Assembly: GCA_965369865.1 (NCBI GenBank) | Contig: CBDURU010000029.1 | Coordinates: forward strand, 1-30,858 | Direction of reading: 5' to 3' | Origin: an uncultured bacterium | GTDB taxonomy: Bacteria > JAJVIF01 > JAPKYR01 | Length of the DNA stretch: 30,858 nt | In this document: positions 9,429-18,233 of the stretch, in pieces | Position numbering within the stretch: the stretch's first letter is position 1 | Layout: every line of letters starts with the position of its first letter | The notes under the pieces: model-generated | Databases searched by the model: none | What the model saw: only the letters and a program-made list of their open reading frames with translations | What the model was told of the DNA's origin: nothing | Program-made: the position numbers and the translations under genes

Positions 9429-10220
9429 ATGCGTGTTAAATTGATCAGTCCATACATATTCACAATTCTCCTTGTATCCTTGCTCATTGGATGCAACAGC
9501 AACGAGCCTTACACGAATCCCGTATCCCCAGGTGCGGCATCAACGGTTTGGCATACGGGAACCGTAACCCCAGCCGGAGGAACTTTTGATTTTGCGGATA
9601 TAGGAATAAATATTATATTCCCTGCAGGGGCTGTTCCTGTTGGTGAGACATTTGCATTTTCGGTCAGAGGGTTCCCGTCTGATGTTCCGATAGTTCCGGT
9701 GGGGTCGACCCTGATCAGGCTTGGGACATTCGAGATGACCGGCAATGGTACGGTTTTACTTGAACCGGCTGTTGTAAGGTTCCTGATTGCTGAACACCGG
9801 GGACAGGGGACAATAAGCAGGGGATTCATGCTGAATAATTCATATGCCTGGCAGGCATATGGCAACGCGCCAATTATGGCTGACGGGATGCATGCATTGA
9901 TGACGATCTACGGTCCGGGAATTTACGGCGCCTTTGAACCCGTTCCATTGCATGTGGAAGCAACTGTCAGCCAGCAGATGGGAACTGTTCCATTATCTGT
10001 CGCATTAAGAGCTATCATTACAGGCGGAAACCCGCCGTATAGTGCACTATGGTTCTTTGGCGATGACACCGATCCGGAGAGTGGTATTAACATTGCACAC
10101 TGGTACGTGAATCCGGGAGATTATGACGCTACTGTCACGGTCACTGACTCGGCAGGTGGTACCGCGATCGACTGGGTGCACATTACATGCTACAGCCAGT
10201 CAGGTCCCCCGGCGTTTTAA
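9429..10220 (+). CDS. Lipoprotein with a beta-rich (ZU5-like) domain and C-terminal PKD domain
   Basis: GGAGG RBS before ATG 9429; lipobox LIGC; TPAGG...IFPAGAV pattern; PKD motif WFFGDD...HWYVNPGDYDATVTVTDSAG. Confidence 0.85.
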   Translation: MRVKLISPYIFTILLVSLLIGCNSNEPYTNPVSPGAASTVWHTGTVTPAGGTFDFADIGINIIFPAGAVPVGETFAFSVRGFPSDVPIVPVGSTLIRLGTFEMTGNGTVLLEPAVVRFLIAEHRGQGTISRGFMLNNSYAWQAYGNAPIMADGMHALMTIYGPGIYGAFEPVPLHVEATVSQQMGTVPLSVALRAIITGGNPPYSALWFFGDDTDPESGINIAHWYVNPGDYDATVTVTDSAGGTAIDWVHITCYSQSGPPAF

Positions 10221-10245
10221 CGAAAAAATAAAATTGTAAATTCTG

Positions 10246-10270
10246 AACCCCGGATCTCCCGGGGTTTTTT
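10246..10270 (+). terminator. Intrinsic terminator
   Basis: AACCCCGG-ATCTC-CCGGGGTT followed by TTTT. Confidence 0.8.
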
Positions 10271-10319
10271 AATAACTTGTAAATACTGAATTCGCCTGAT
10301 ACCGTTTATTATCAGAACT

Positions 10320-11093
10320 ATGACAAAGTACTCTGTACTTCTCGAATCCTATTCGCCATTACCCTTTATCGCATGGGCCGATGAGGTGGAGAAGATATTG
10401 GGGATGCATCGCCAGGACGTCATCCTGCGTCTAAGGCGCCAGCAGGGGATCGTGTGGGAACATCTCGATCGCGAAAAAGCCGACATGCTTGGCTCACTCC
10501 TGATTTCATACGGTTATCCCGCCGGACTTGTTGAGGATTCGGATGTCGTCAGGCTCCCTATACCCACATTAAGCAAAAATGCCGATCCTGTCGAAGGTGG
10601 TTTTGAACTCGAGGATTTATTCTCCGATTTGACCCTTATAAACGCCGAATCGATCGAATTCATGCAGGCGGGCTGGGTTGAGGAAAAAGTCGAAGTGGGG
10701 ACTGTCAAGCCACCGAGATCAAGGTCCGGCTTGAAATATTCAGCCGATGGTACTCGCGCAGGGTCTTTCATGTACACCAGAATGAAAAAAAAGGAACCGA
10801 TCGGCTGGGTGCTGCATGTTTTTCAGAAGGGTGAACCGCTCGAGTGGCTGAGGATCATTGGAAGGAATTTTAATTATGACTATCAACCTGTAACCGGGGT
10901 GTACTGGATGCAGCGTTTCGGGTTGCTGCTCACCGATCTTGCGCGGATCACACCATTTGCGTCACTTGACGAGGGATTCAAAGAAACAATGGGGTCGGAT
11001 GGGAGTAATTATGAATTTTGCTCATTCGATAGTATTGTAGAAATGGAAGAACGGGCGCGATGGCAGTTGACCATGCTTAAAATAGTGGTTTAA
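10320..11093 (+). CDS. Hypothetical protein
   Basis: 257-aa ORF filling the gap between a terminator and a repeat element. The N-terminal ~75 aa loosely follow an L7/L12 C-terminal-like pattern. Confidence 0.75.
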   Translation: MTKYSVLLESYSPLPFIAWADEVEKILGMHRQDVILRLRRQQGIVWEHLDREKADMLGSLLISYGYPAGLVEDSDVVRLPIPTLSKNADPVEGGFELEDLFSDLTLINAESIEFMQAGWVEEKVEVGTVKPPRSRSGLKYSADGTRAGSFMYTRMKKKEPIGWVLHVFQKGEPLEWLRIIGRNFNYDYQPVTGVYWMQRFGLLLTDLARITPFASLDEGFKETMGSDGSNYEFCSFDSIVEMEERARWQLTMLKIVV

Positions 11094-11300
11094 GACCAAT
11101 TCCGTTGAATAAATATTGATCTGATCCTGCATTTCAATCTAATAACGCATTGCCATGCTGTTCTACGGACGCGTGGCGTCGATACGCTGAGTGAGACATC
11201 TAAATCCCGCAAACCTCAAAAAATCTCAATGTCGAACGTGCTTGTCGACGGATATCAATGCTAAATATGTCCAATCAATTTTTGTTTAACGGAATTGGTC
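11094..11300. mobile_element. MITE-like non-autonomous element (family C TIRs) with TAA target duplication
   Basis: Ends GACCAATTCCGTTGAATAAATATTGAT and ATCAATTTTTGTTTAACGGAATTGGTC are inverted repeats (24/27, outer 13 nt perfect). TAA flanks both sides (11091-11093, 11301-11303). No ORF inside. Confidence 0.75.
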
Positions 11301-11398
11301 TAAATATCAAGAGGGGGGATTAATAATAAAAAACTTTCGGTGAATAGTGTAAAGTGGGGAGTTTTGTATTGATTGGGATTACTTTTTGTATGGGTTAA

Positions 11399-12592
11399 TC
11401 AATCATAATCAAGCACAACTTCAACAATGTCAAATGCCGGATAATAGAGGGGTTTAAGGGGACCGGAATACTCGTGAACCTCATACGCGAGAAACTGGTA
11501 AATACCATCTGGTTGTTTACTGAAAAGGTAACCTCCACAGCACCGTATATGTAACGGATCGGGTGAGTCACATGCAGCTGTTAATACACCCCCTTTACAA
11601 ATCTCAAAATATTCCCCCCAGGCGCCGGCCATCCGAGCGTCTTGATACGCATCTGGAAGCACGTACCATAAATCAAGTTCCACCCTGCCCTCATAAATGG
11701 TTGCTCCTGTCTTATTGCAACATTGCGGGTCAGTTATGACCTCGCCATCGTTATAAATGAGCTTGAATCTGTACATCTCCGGCTGGTTGGCTGTGATCGG
11801 GAAATCCTCGACAGGGTTTGTCACCGGCATGACAGTCGGTATTTCCCAGCATACATCGAGAGCGTATCCCGCCTTCCACGGTCCCGATGGCAGCGAAATG
11901 TGAAAAGTTTGTGACACTGTCGCTCCCGATTCAAGCATGTGACGTTCCTCATTGGAATAAAAATCTAAGTAAGCGTTCATATTCGCTGTCGGGGTCCCCC
12001 CGAACGCGTATTTCCCTTCCCAGTAATTGAAAATCGGTTGGGGAAGCCCGGAATCGTAGTCCGGACACCAGTAGTACGTGTATCCATCCGCGTTGAGGAT
12101 TTCCGGATCGCCCATAAGCCGCCATGACAACCGGTAATCGAGCGGATAGAGCGGCATAACGTTCATGTTGTCCGGAATCACATGCGATCCCTGGAACATC
12201 AAAATTAATTTAGGATCGAACCCCGTTAATTCCAGATGACCCGGATACGGATGAGTAATCTCCATTGTGAGATTAATTGTGCCGTCGTAATTGTCCTGAA
12301 GGCCGGTGATTAGCACGCAGTTATCGCCTGACTTCTCGAAAAATCTCAGGACATTGAGATGTATGCCCCCCATACGAAACGGGATTAATTCGACGCTGTC
12401 GTGGTCGGAACTGAAATACAGATTTCCAGCCGCCCAGAGCTTATGCGGATTGTGAAAGGAAATATCACGTCCCGTCGCGGTCTCTAAATCACCACTTGTT
12501 GATGGATCATCAGAAACCCCTGGCATTGCGGGATTCTGAGCGCACCCGAATACCAGGACAGCCATTAAACATATCAGAAGATAAGTCTTCAA
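11399..12592 (-). CDS. Uncharacterised lipoprotein with Cys-rich C-terminus
   Basis: TTG start after AAGGAGG; lipobox VFGC; motifs THPYPG...TGFD and NADGYT; six Cys in the last ~110 aa. Confidence 0.85.
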   Translation of the reverse strand: MKTYLLICLMAVLVFGCAQNPAMPGVSDDPSTSGDLETATGRDISFHNPHKLWAAGNLYFSSDHDSVELIPFRMGGIHLNVLRFFEKSGDNCVLITGLQDNYDGTINLTMEITHPYPGHLELTGFDPKLILMFQGSHVIPDNMNVMPLYPLDYRLSWRLMGDPEILNADGYTYYWCPDYDSGLPQPIFNYWEGKYAFGGTPTANMNAYLDFYSNEERHMLESGATVSQTFHISLPSGPWKAGYALDVCWEIPTVMPVTNPVEDFPITANQPEMYRFKLIYNDGEVITDPQCCNKTGATIYEGRVELDLWYVLPDAYQDARMAGAWGEYFEICKGGVLTAACDSPDPLHIRCCGGYLFSKQPDGIYQFLAYEVHEYSGPLKPLYYPAFDIVEVVLDYD

Positions 12593-12786
12593 AAAAACCG
12601 CCTCCTTTATTGTGGAAAATCCTATGTCCTCCTATCCGTGCACAATTATAAACTATTGTTAGAGTTTTTTAGTGGAAACCCTTTCCACCCGGCACATTTT
12701 TATTACATTTAATATTTACCAAATAAATTTCAACATGTCAAGGTACCAGTCGTGATTTTATGGGTCTATATTATCCACCAGTCCGT

Positions 12787-14295
12787 TTATTTCCCGGTTC
12801 CGGACCATTCCCTGATAAAATTATACAGCAACCTGGGTCCGTAACCGGTGGCGCCCTTCGTAAGGTATCCGATCGCTTTTTCAGCCCAGAAAGGACCCGC
12901 GATGTCGATATGAATCCATGGCGTGTCGCCGACGAATTTCTTGAGGAAAAGGGCGGCGGTGATCGCTCCGCCCCACTGGGTCCCAATATTCGCGGTGTCC
13001 GCGACATCACTTTTCAGCAGTTCATCGTATGGCATGAACAGGGGCATACGCCATGTTTTTTCCCCGGTGCTGTTTGCAGCTATCTCAATTGCTTCCGATA
13101 CCTGCTCATCTTCAGTCCAGTAACCCGACATTTCCTGCCCGAGAGCTACCACGCAGGACCCGGTGAGAGTAGCGACATCGACGACAAGGCTTGGACTGTA
13201 TTCCCTGCAGGCGTACTCAAGGCCATCCGCGAGAATAAGCCTGCCTTCGGCATCGGTGTTTAAAACCTCGATACTCTTACCGCTCTGGGTAGTGAGAATA
13301 TCGCCGGGTTTTGTGGCGCTCCCATCGGGAAGGTTTTCGCAGGCCGGGACAATTCCAACTATCCTGACTGTTCCCGGATTCAGCGTACCGATCGCCCGCA
13401 TGACAGAAAGGACAGCGAGGCCCCCTCCCTTATCGGCTTTCATGGTGTGCATGTCCTTGCTGGGTTTAAGGCTGATTCCACCCGCGTCGAATGTTATCGC
13501 TTTACCGACAAGGCAAATCGTTTTCTTAAATTTCCTGGGCTTGTAATCGAGCACGATGAATTTCGGTGGTTCTGTGGAACCTCTCGCGACACCAAGGAAG
13601 GCTCCCATCCCAAGTTTTCGGCAGTCTTTACTTTCAAGGATTTTTACCGACAGTCCGGCGTCCTTCGCGATATCTTTGGCAAGCCTGGCAAGATGGGTCG
13701 GTGTGGCGAGGTTCCCGGGAGTGTTGTTCCAATCGCGCGACAGAAGAGTTGAGCCAGTCAAAGCAAGCACTTCGTCGAGCACAGGAACCAGGTTTTTTAT
13801 CTTGACGTGCTTAGGCAGATGAAGTTCGACATTTGACAGAACATGCGTGTCCTTTTCGGTTTTAAACCGGTCGAAGCTGTACGAGCCAAGCCTAGCTCCC
13901 TCCAGGAGGGCTTTGCCGGTATTTTCCAGGCTTTCATCGAGAGTAACAAACGGTTCGACAAGGAAACAAATCCTGCCGACATCTCTTTTGCGAAGCGAGT
14001 TGGCCGCTGTACCTGCGACCCGTCTCAAGGTTTCCAGATCGCATTCATGGCTCTTGCCCACACCCACAAACGCTACCCTGCGTATACCTTTACCTGTGGG
14101 GTTCGGGACGATATATAATTCACCTTCTTTGGTTAGAACCTCGCTTTTGACCGCGCTCGATAACAGGCCTTTCCAATTTCTGTCAAGTTCGATCAGCTCC
14201 GGAGGAAGTGCCGGGTCTTCGAAAGCGGGAACCACAAGTACGGGGTAAACAGCTTTTGATAAAGATCCGGTGTTGAGTTTTGAGTTGAATTTCAT
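12787..14295 (-). CDS. pepA: Leucyl aminopeptidase (M17 family)
   Basis: Motifs VGKAITFDAGGISLK, MKAD, NTDAEGRLILAD, DVATLTG, WIHIDIAG. Confidence 0.97.
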   Translation of the reverse strand: MKFNSKLNTGSLSKAVYPVLVVPAFEDPALPPELIELDRNWKGLLSSAVKSEVLTKEGELYIVPNPTGKGIRRVAFVGVGKSHECDLETLRRVAGTAANSLRKRDVGRICFLVEPFVTLDESLENTGKALLEGARLGSYSFDRFKTEKDTHVLSNVELHLPKHVKIKNLVPVLDEVLALTGSTLLSRDWNNTPGNLATPTHLARLAKDIAKDAGLSVKILESKDCRKLGMGAFLGVARGSTEPPKFIVLDYKPRKFKKTICLVGKAITFDAGGISLKPSKDMHTMKADKGGGLAVLSVMRAIGTLNPGTVRIVGIVPACENLPDGSATKPGDILTTQSGKSIEVLNTDAEGRLILADGLEYACREYSPSLVVDVATLTGSCVVALGQEMSGYWTEDEQVSEAIEIAANSTGEKTWRMPLFMPYDELLKSDVADTANIGTQWGGAITAALFLKKFVGDTPWIHIDIAGPFWAEKAIGYLTKGATGYGPRLLYNFIREWSGTGK

Positions 14296-14329
14296 GGTTT
14301 AAATCCTTTCCAGTCGATTTGCGACTGCT

Positions 14330-15262
14330 TTAGACGGTTACCCGGATTTCAGCCTTGCCTGTCTCCCGAGCGGCCTTTTCAAATCCGGGCCAAGGGAGAA
14401 GGTAAAGCTGAGTATATATGAAAAATGGAAACAGAATCAGTTGAAAGGAGGTTGTGTAAATATTTTTTTGTGAATCGAGCAGGATGGAGACGTACGCGAA
14501 TCCAAATCCATTATGGAGTCCCGATAGCAAACCCGGCAGATTTGTAATTAACAGGACTGCCTGGGACAGTAAAATATTTGCGACAATCAGCATTAATACC
14601 CTGAGGAAATGCCTCCTGGAGAAAACAAACGTGAAACTTCTCAACAGGGCTTCAGGATAGGGGAGTTCATACAGGACGACCATCTCATCCCATGGTGAAA
14701 TCCAGAAGAAGATAATCACATTGCAAAGCGCTGCGATCTGTGCTGCACCCCATATGTACTGAACCAGTTCGATGGCCTGGCGGTAATTCCAGCCGGATGT
14801 AAAGATGTCGGGAATAGTCCCGGCCAGGCTGATCCTGGTAAAGGCGATGAATGCGAGGATTGGGATGCTTGTAAGCATGCCGACCACTATTCCGCCGATA
14901 AACAACGGCACGGTAAACTTGATGATCCCGCGGAAGAAGTGCAGTGGAGATGGCGTTTCACCCATTCGAACAACGCTACCGAACGCCATGAAGCCGGCCT
15001 TTGTCGCGGCATAGATTATCGACGCGACAAAGAGGGTGGTTCCAAAAAATGCTGCGGTTAAATAGAATGCTGAACCACCGGCGTTCTCATCGAACGATAT
15101 TGCCAGGATTGAACCCAAATAAATTGAAGAACCAAGGAAGCTGAAAATAACCATCAGGACGGTCATGGTCATGGTCCAGATGAAAAGGAAAAGGTAGACG
15201 AGAGGATGCTCTCTCAGTCCTCGAAATGCGGAGCTGTAAATTCCTGCCAGGGATCGGTCCAT
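14330..15262 (-). CDS. Polytopic membrane protein of unknown function
   Basis: About six hydrophobic segments. Start placed at ATG 15262 because the track's GTG (15286) falls inside a promoter-like sequence. Confidence 0.8.
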   Translation of the reverse strand: MDRSLAGIYSSAFRGLREHPLVYLFLFIWTMTMTVLMVIFSFLGSSIYLGSILAISFDENAGGSAFYLTAAFFGTTLFVASIIYAATKAGFMAFGSVVRMGETPSPLHFFRGIIKFTVPLFIGGIVVGMLTSIPILAFIAFTRISLAGTIPDIFTSGWNYRQAIELVQYIWGAAQIAALCNVIIFFWISPWDEMVVLYELPYPEALLRSFTFVFSRRHFLRVLMLIVANILLSQAVLLITNLPGLLSGLHNGFGFAYVSILLDSQKNIYTTSFQLILFPFFIYTQLYLLPWPGFEKAARETGKAEIRVTV

Positions 15263-15272
15263 GGAACCTGCA

Positions 15273-15300
15273 ATTATACCCCTCACCCAGCGGATGTAAA
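15273..15300 (-). promoter_or_regulatory. Putative sigma70 promoter for the membrane protein gene and pepA
   Basis: Minus strand reads TTTACA, 16 nt, TATAAT. Confidence 0.55.
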
Positions 15301-15398
15301 TAAACCCTCTGGTCGCTTCGATTTAAAAATAAAGATTCCCCGCATTTTGTTATGGCGTTGATATAGTCAATGAATGTCCAAAATATAATTCGGGCAAT

Positions 15399-15421
15399 AA
15401 AAAAAGCGCCCCGAGGGCGCT
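15399..15421 (-). terminator. Intrinsic terminator after the FN3 lipoprotein gene
   Basis: Minus strand reads AGCGCCC-TCG-GGGCGCT followed by a T run. Confidence 0.85.
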
Positions 15422-15453
15422 GTGCAGACAATATTTAATTTAAATGATTACGG

Positions 15454-16527
15454 TTAGAATGTCGCGCCGGTAATTGTTTCAGCCGCCGGGCCTTCCTGGC
15501 CGGCCAGATCAATCGCAGCTATCCGGTAGGTATAGCCGGTGCCGATAATTATTGCCTTATCGATCAGGACAATTTTATCCCTGCTGACGTCCAGGTAGGC
15601 AGCTATAAGCCCGGGTATAATGTCATTGGGATTCAATGGGTCACTGCTCGTCGGGATAGCAATCATGTACCTGATGATTAACTCACCGCCCGGGAATATT
15701 TCCGATTCCTCTACCCGTTCGATTGAATATAGAACGACATCCAGTTCCGGATTTACATTCCATTCAACTATAATCCTTCCTGGATTTAAGATATTCATAA
15801 GTCCGGTGACAATCGAGGGAATGAAATCCAATGGAGTCAGGGTAATTACGTTCGATTTTTCGCTCTCGAAGCCTTCCGAATCAAGAGCGGTGATGTAGTA
15901 GGAGTAAGCGACGGTGTTAGCAAGGTCTGAATCAACGAGGGATAAATCCGGGTAGTCGTCACGTATTACCGTAAATTCAGGGATTCCCTCGAAAATACGA
16001 TAGATCCGGTATCCGGTAACGTCCCCTGAGACACTTGCTTCCCAATGGAATTCAACAGCGGCGTCCATAGGAACGCCCTGAAGATTTCTTGGCGGCTCCG
16101 GCGGCCCTTCAAGCGGGTCGGGACCCGGCCCTGTGAAGCCGGGTATTACGGGTACCGCTTTGGGGTATCCTCCAACGTAGGCGATCGATGATTCCCATCC
16201 TGTGTTTCCGACCGCTGAAACTCCGAAGTAATATGTGCTTCCATTGATCAGGTTGAATACCTGGAAGCTTGTTGTTTTGATTTCCTGACTATCGTATTTC
16301 GTAAATTGAACTCCGGTTTCGGACATGTAAACGAAATATGCCACTGCTCCCGGAACCTGGTTCCAATGGATAGTCACAGAATTACTCGCTGTTTCGACAG
16401 TAAGCCCGGTTGGTTTCCCGCTGGGATAGGTCGGGGATGCCGGGTTTGTGTCACCTCCACCACCGCCACAGGAAATTAATGAGCCAATGGAGATGGCAAG
16501 GATTAGGAGCATGCTTTGGATTCGCAT
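15454..16527 (-). CDS. Lipoprotein with about three fibronectin type III domains
   Basis: GGAGGT RBS before ATG 16527; lipobox LISC then a poly-Gly linker; FN3 signatures (PTGL...W...Y.VY...L.NG.TYYF.VSA; W...GYRIYR...YSYYITALD; YTYRIAAID). Confidence 0.9.
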   Translation of the reverse strand: MRIQSMLLILAISIGSLISCGGGGGDTNPASPTYPSGKPTGLTVETASNSVTIHWNQVPGAVAYFVYMSETGVQFTKYDSQEIKTTSFQVFNLINGSTYYFGVSAVGNTGWESSIAYVGGYPKAVPVIPGFTGPGPDPLEGPPEPPRNLQGVPMDAAVEFHWEASVSGDVTGYRIYRIFEGIPEFTVIRDDYPDLSLVDSDLANTVAYSYYITALDSEGFESEKSNVITLTPLDFIPSIVTGLMNILNPGRIIVEWNVNPELDVVLYSIERVEESEIFPGGELIIRYMIAIPTSSDPLNPNDIIPGLIAAYLDVSRDKIVLIDKAIIIGTGYTYRIAAIDLAGQEGPAAETITGATF

Positions 16528-16736
16528 AAATACCTCCACTTCCCCGCATTTTTTTATCGCGGGTTAGTAGTTAACAGGCTATCACATGGTGGCGGAGTCG
16601 GTCAACTAAATATTTATGTTGAATGCAAATAAAAGGGGGCCGACCCCAGGCCAGTGAGACATTTAAATACCACTCTTAATATCCTTTAATTAGAGTAAAT
16701 CTTGTCTTTTAAAGACAATTTAATCATGATTTACTT

Positions 16737-16764
16737 TTGACATTACTAATTACCGGTTCTATAA
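16737..16764 (+). promoter_or_regulatory. Consensus sigma70 promoter of the polysaccharide operon
   Basis: TTGACA (16737-16742), 16 nt, TATAAT (16759-16764); both hexamers perfect. Confidence 0.75.
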
Positions 16765-16805
16765 TCCCAAAAAACGTAACTATCGAGCGGTATTACGGTA
16801 TTATT

Positions 16806-18227
16806 ATGGAAACATCCGTACAGAGCTATTTTAGCGTCATACTTCGCCATTGGAAATTACTGGCCGCCATCGTTGTGATCCCCACCCTTCTCGTGGTTAT
16901 TCTGGTGTTATTTGTATTAACCCCGGTCTATGAGGGCAAGACAACGATCATTTTCCCATTGAAAACAGCATCCTCGTTCATGCGCAGAAGTTTGAGTGAG
17001 ATGGACATCCCGCTCATGGGTATGAGCAGGTTACTCGACACTTCCGCCACCCTTTACAACCATATCGCCATACTCGAGAGCCGAACACTCGCGTTACGTG
17101 TAAATGCCTTTCTGATTTCGGAAAAAGGCATCGATCTTATGTCTACATATCCGGAGCTATGGAAAGACAGGGACCTGACCGATGAAGAGCGCCTCTATAA
17201 ACTTGCCAAAATTATGCGGGAACGGATCAATGTAGGCGACGCGAACAGGGGTATGGCCGAGGTCAGCTTCCTCCATACCGATCCTCTTACCGCTTCTGAA
17301 ACCTCAACCGCTTACGTCATGGAAACCCTGAAGTTCCTTAACGAACTCAACCGCAATACCCAGTCCGACCTTGTATTGTTTCTCGAAGCCCGCCAGGTTG
17401 AGGTTGAAAGCGACCTTGAAGTCGTTGAGACAGAAATTCAGTTTCTCAAGGAGGAAACTGGAATTCTTTCGGTCGAAGAGCAGGCTCGCCAGATAATATC
17501 ATCCTACTCGGAAATCGAATCTCTGGTAGCCCAGACCGAAATCGATTACCAGGGCAGCCTGAGCATGGCCAGGGGGATGGAAGCGGCGGGCATGGATATG
17601 GAGGATTACTACGACTGGCTTGCTGCCGGTGAAAGTCCCTATGATAACCCGCCGGTACCGGCTATTGAAGCCCTGGCCGACGCCACGGTCACAGCACTCA
17701 GGTCCGAATTAAGCGACCTCGAACTTGCACGCCAGCAGGCCCTGCTCTGGGCAACGCCTGATAATCCCGATGTTGTCCGGCTCAATTTCGAAATAGAAAG
17801 CGTTCGGCGTGAACTGTATCGTGAATTCTCCGATTATTACGATGCGACCGTCGCCAACCTGATGGTCGAGACTTCCGCATACCAGGCTCAATTGAATGTC
17901 GCGGGTGGAATCCTCGCCGAGCTGGATGCAAGGCTTCAGGATTTTCCTCCCGATGAACGACGGTTGATTGAAATGGAGCGGGACAGGAACGTGCAGGAAT
18001 CGATATACCTGGTCATTACCCAGGAACTCGAACAGGCCCGTATCCAGGAAATGAGGGAAGAAGAGCCGTATACGATCCTTGATGAGGCGCTTGTTCCAAC
18101 CAGGCCGGTCCGTCCAAGGAAGGTAATCACAACACTGGGGACGTTCATGATCATGTTCTGGCTTGGAACAGTGTTTATTTTCTGGAAAGACAACCGAATC
18201 CGTCAACAGGCTGAACGGGGCAGGTGA
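16806..18227 (+). CDS. GumC/Wzz-type polysaccharide co-polymerase (chain-length determinant), no kinase domain
   Basis: Two TM segments flanking a long coiled coil; LTPVYEG, ILESRTLA, PDNPDV, and Pro-rich ILDEALVPTRPVRPR before TM2. Start at ATG 16806, downstream of the promoter. Confidence 0.9.
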   Translation: METSVQSYFSVILRHWKLLAAIVVIPTLLVVILVLFVLTPVYEGKTTIIFPLKTASSFMRRSLSEMDIPLMGMSRLLDTSATLYNHIAILESRTLALRVNAFLISEKGIDLMSTYPELWKDRDLTDEERLYKLAKIMRERINVGDANRGMAEVSFLHTDPLTASETSTAYVMETLKFLNELNRNTQSDLVLFLEARQVEVESDLEVVETEIQFLKEETGILSVEEQARQIISSYSEIESLVAQTEIDYQGSLSMARGMEAAGMDMEDYYDWLAAGESPYDNPPVPAIEALADATVTALRSELSDLELARQQALLWATPDNPDVVRLNFEIESVRRELYREFSDYYDATVANLMVETSAYQAQLNVAGGILAELDARLQDFPPDERRLIEMERDRNVQESIYLVITQELEQARIQEMREEEPYTILDEALVPTRPVRPRKVITTLGTFMIMFWLGTVFIFWKDNRIRQQAERGR

Positions 18228-18233
18228 TTCACG

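Noticed and set aside
9103..11300. Integron cassette array with attC sites
   Set aside because: No integrase, no RYYYAAC/GTTRRRY core pairs at the element ends, and the enclosed genes have their own terminator and promoter-like signals.
11399..11730. Lipoprotein C-terminus as a diversity-generating retroelement target
   Set aside because: No template repeat differing at adenines and no reverse transcriptase in the window.
13423..13443. PepA motif reads MKADKGG instead of the usual MKxDMxG
   Set aside because: The metal-binding and catalytic residues (K, D, K, D, D-x-E, R) are all present, so it is treated as a benign variant.
16785..16800. ops/JUMPStart element in the polysaccharide leader (GAGCGGTA)
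   Set aside because: Only a partial match to GGCGGTAG, with no surrounding JUMPStart stem.
16737..16805. Longer N-termini in the ORF track (16737, 5710, 21211, 22890, 23759, 3142)
   Set aside because: They overlap promoters or upstream genes. Downstream starts have better RBS, translational coupling or family-typical N-termini.
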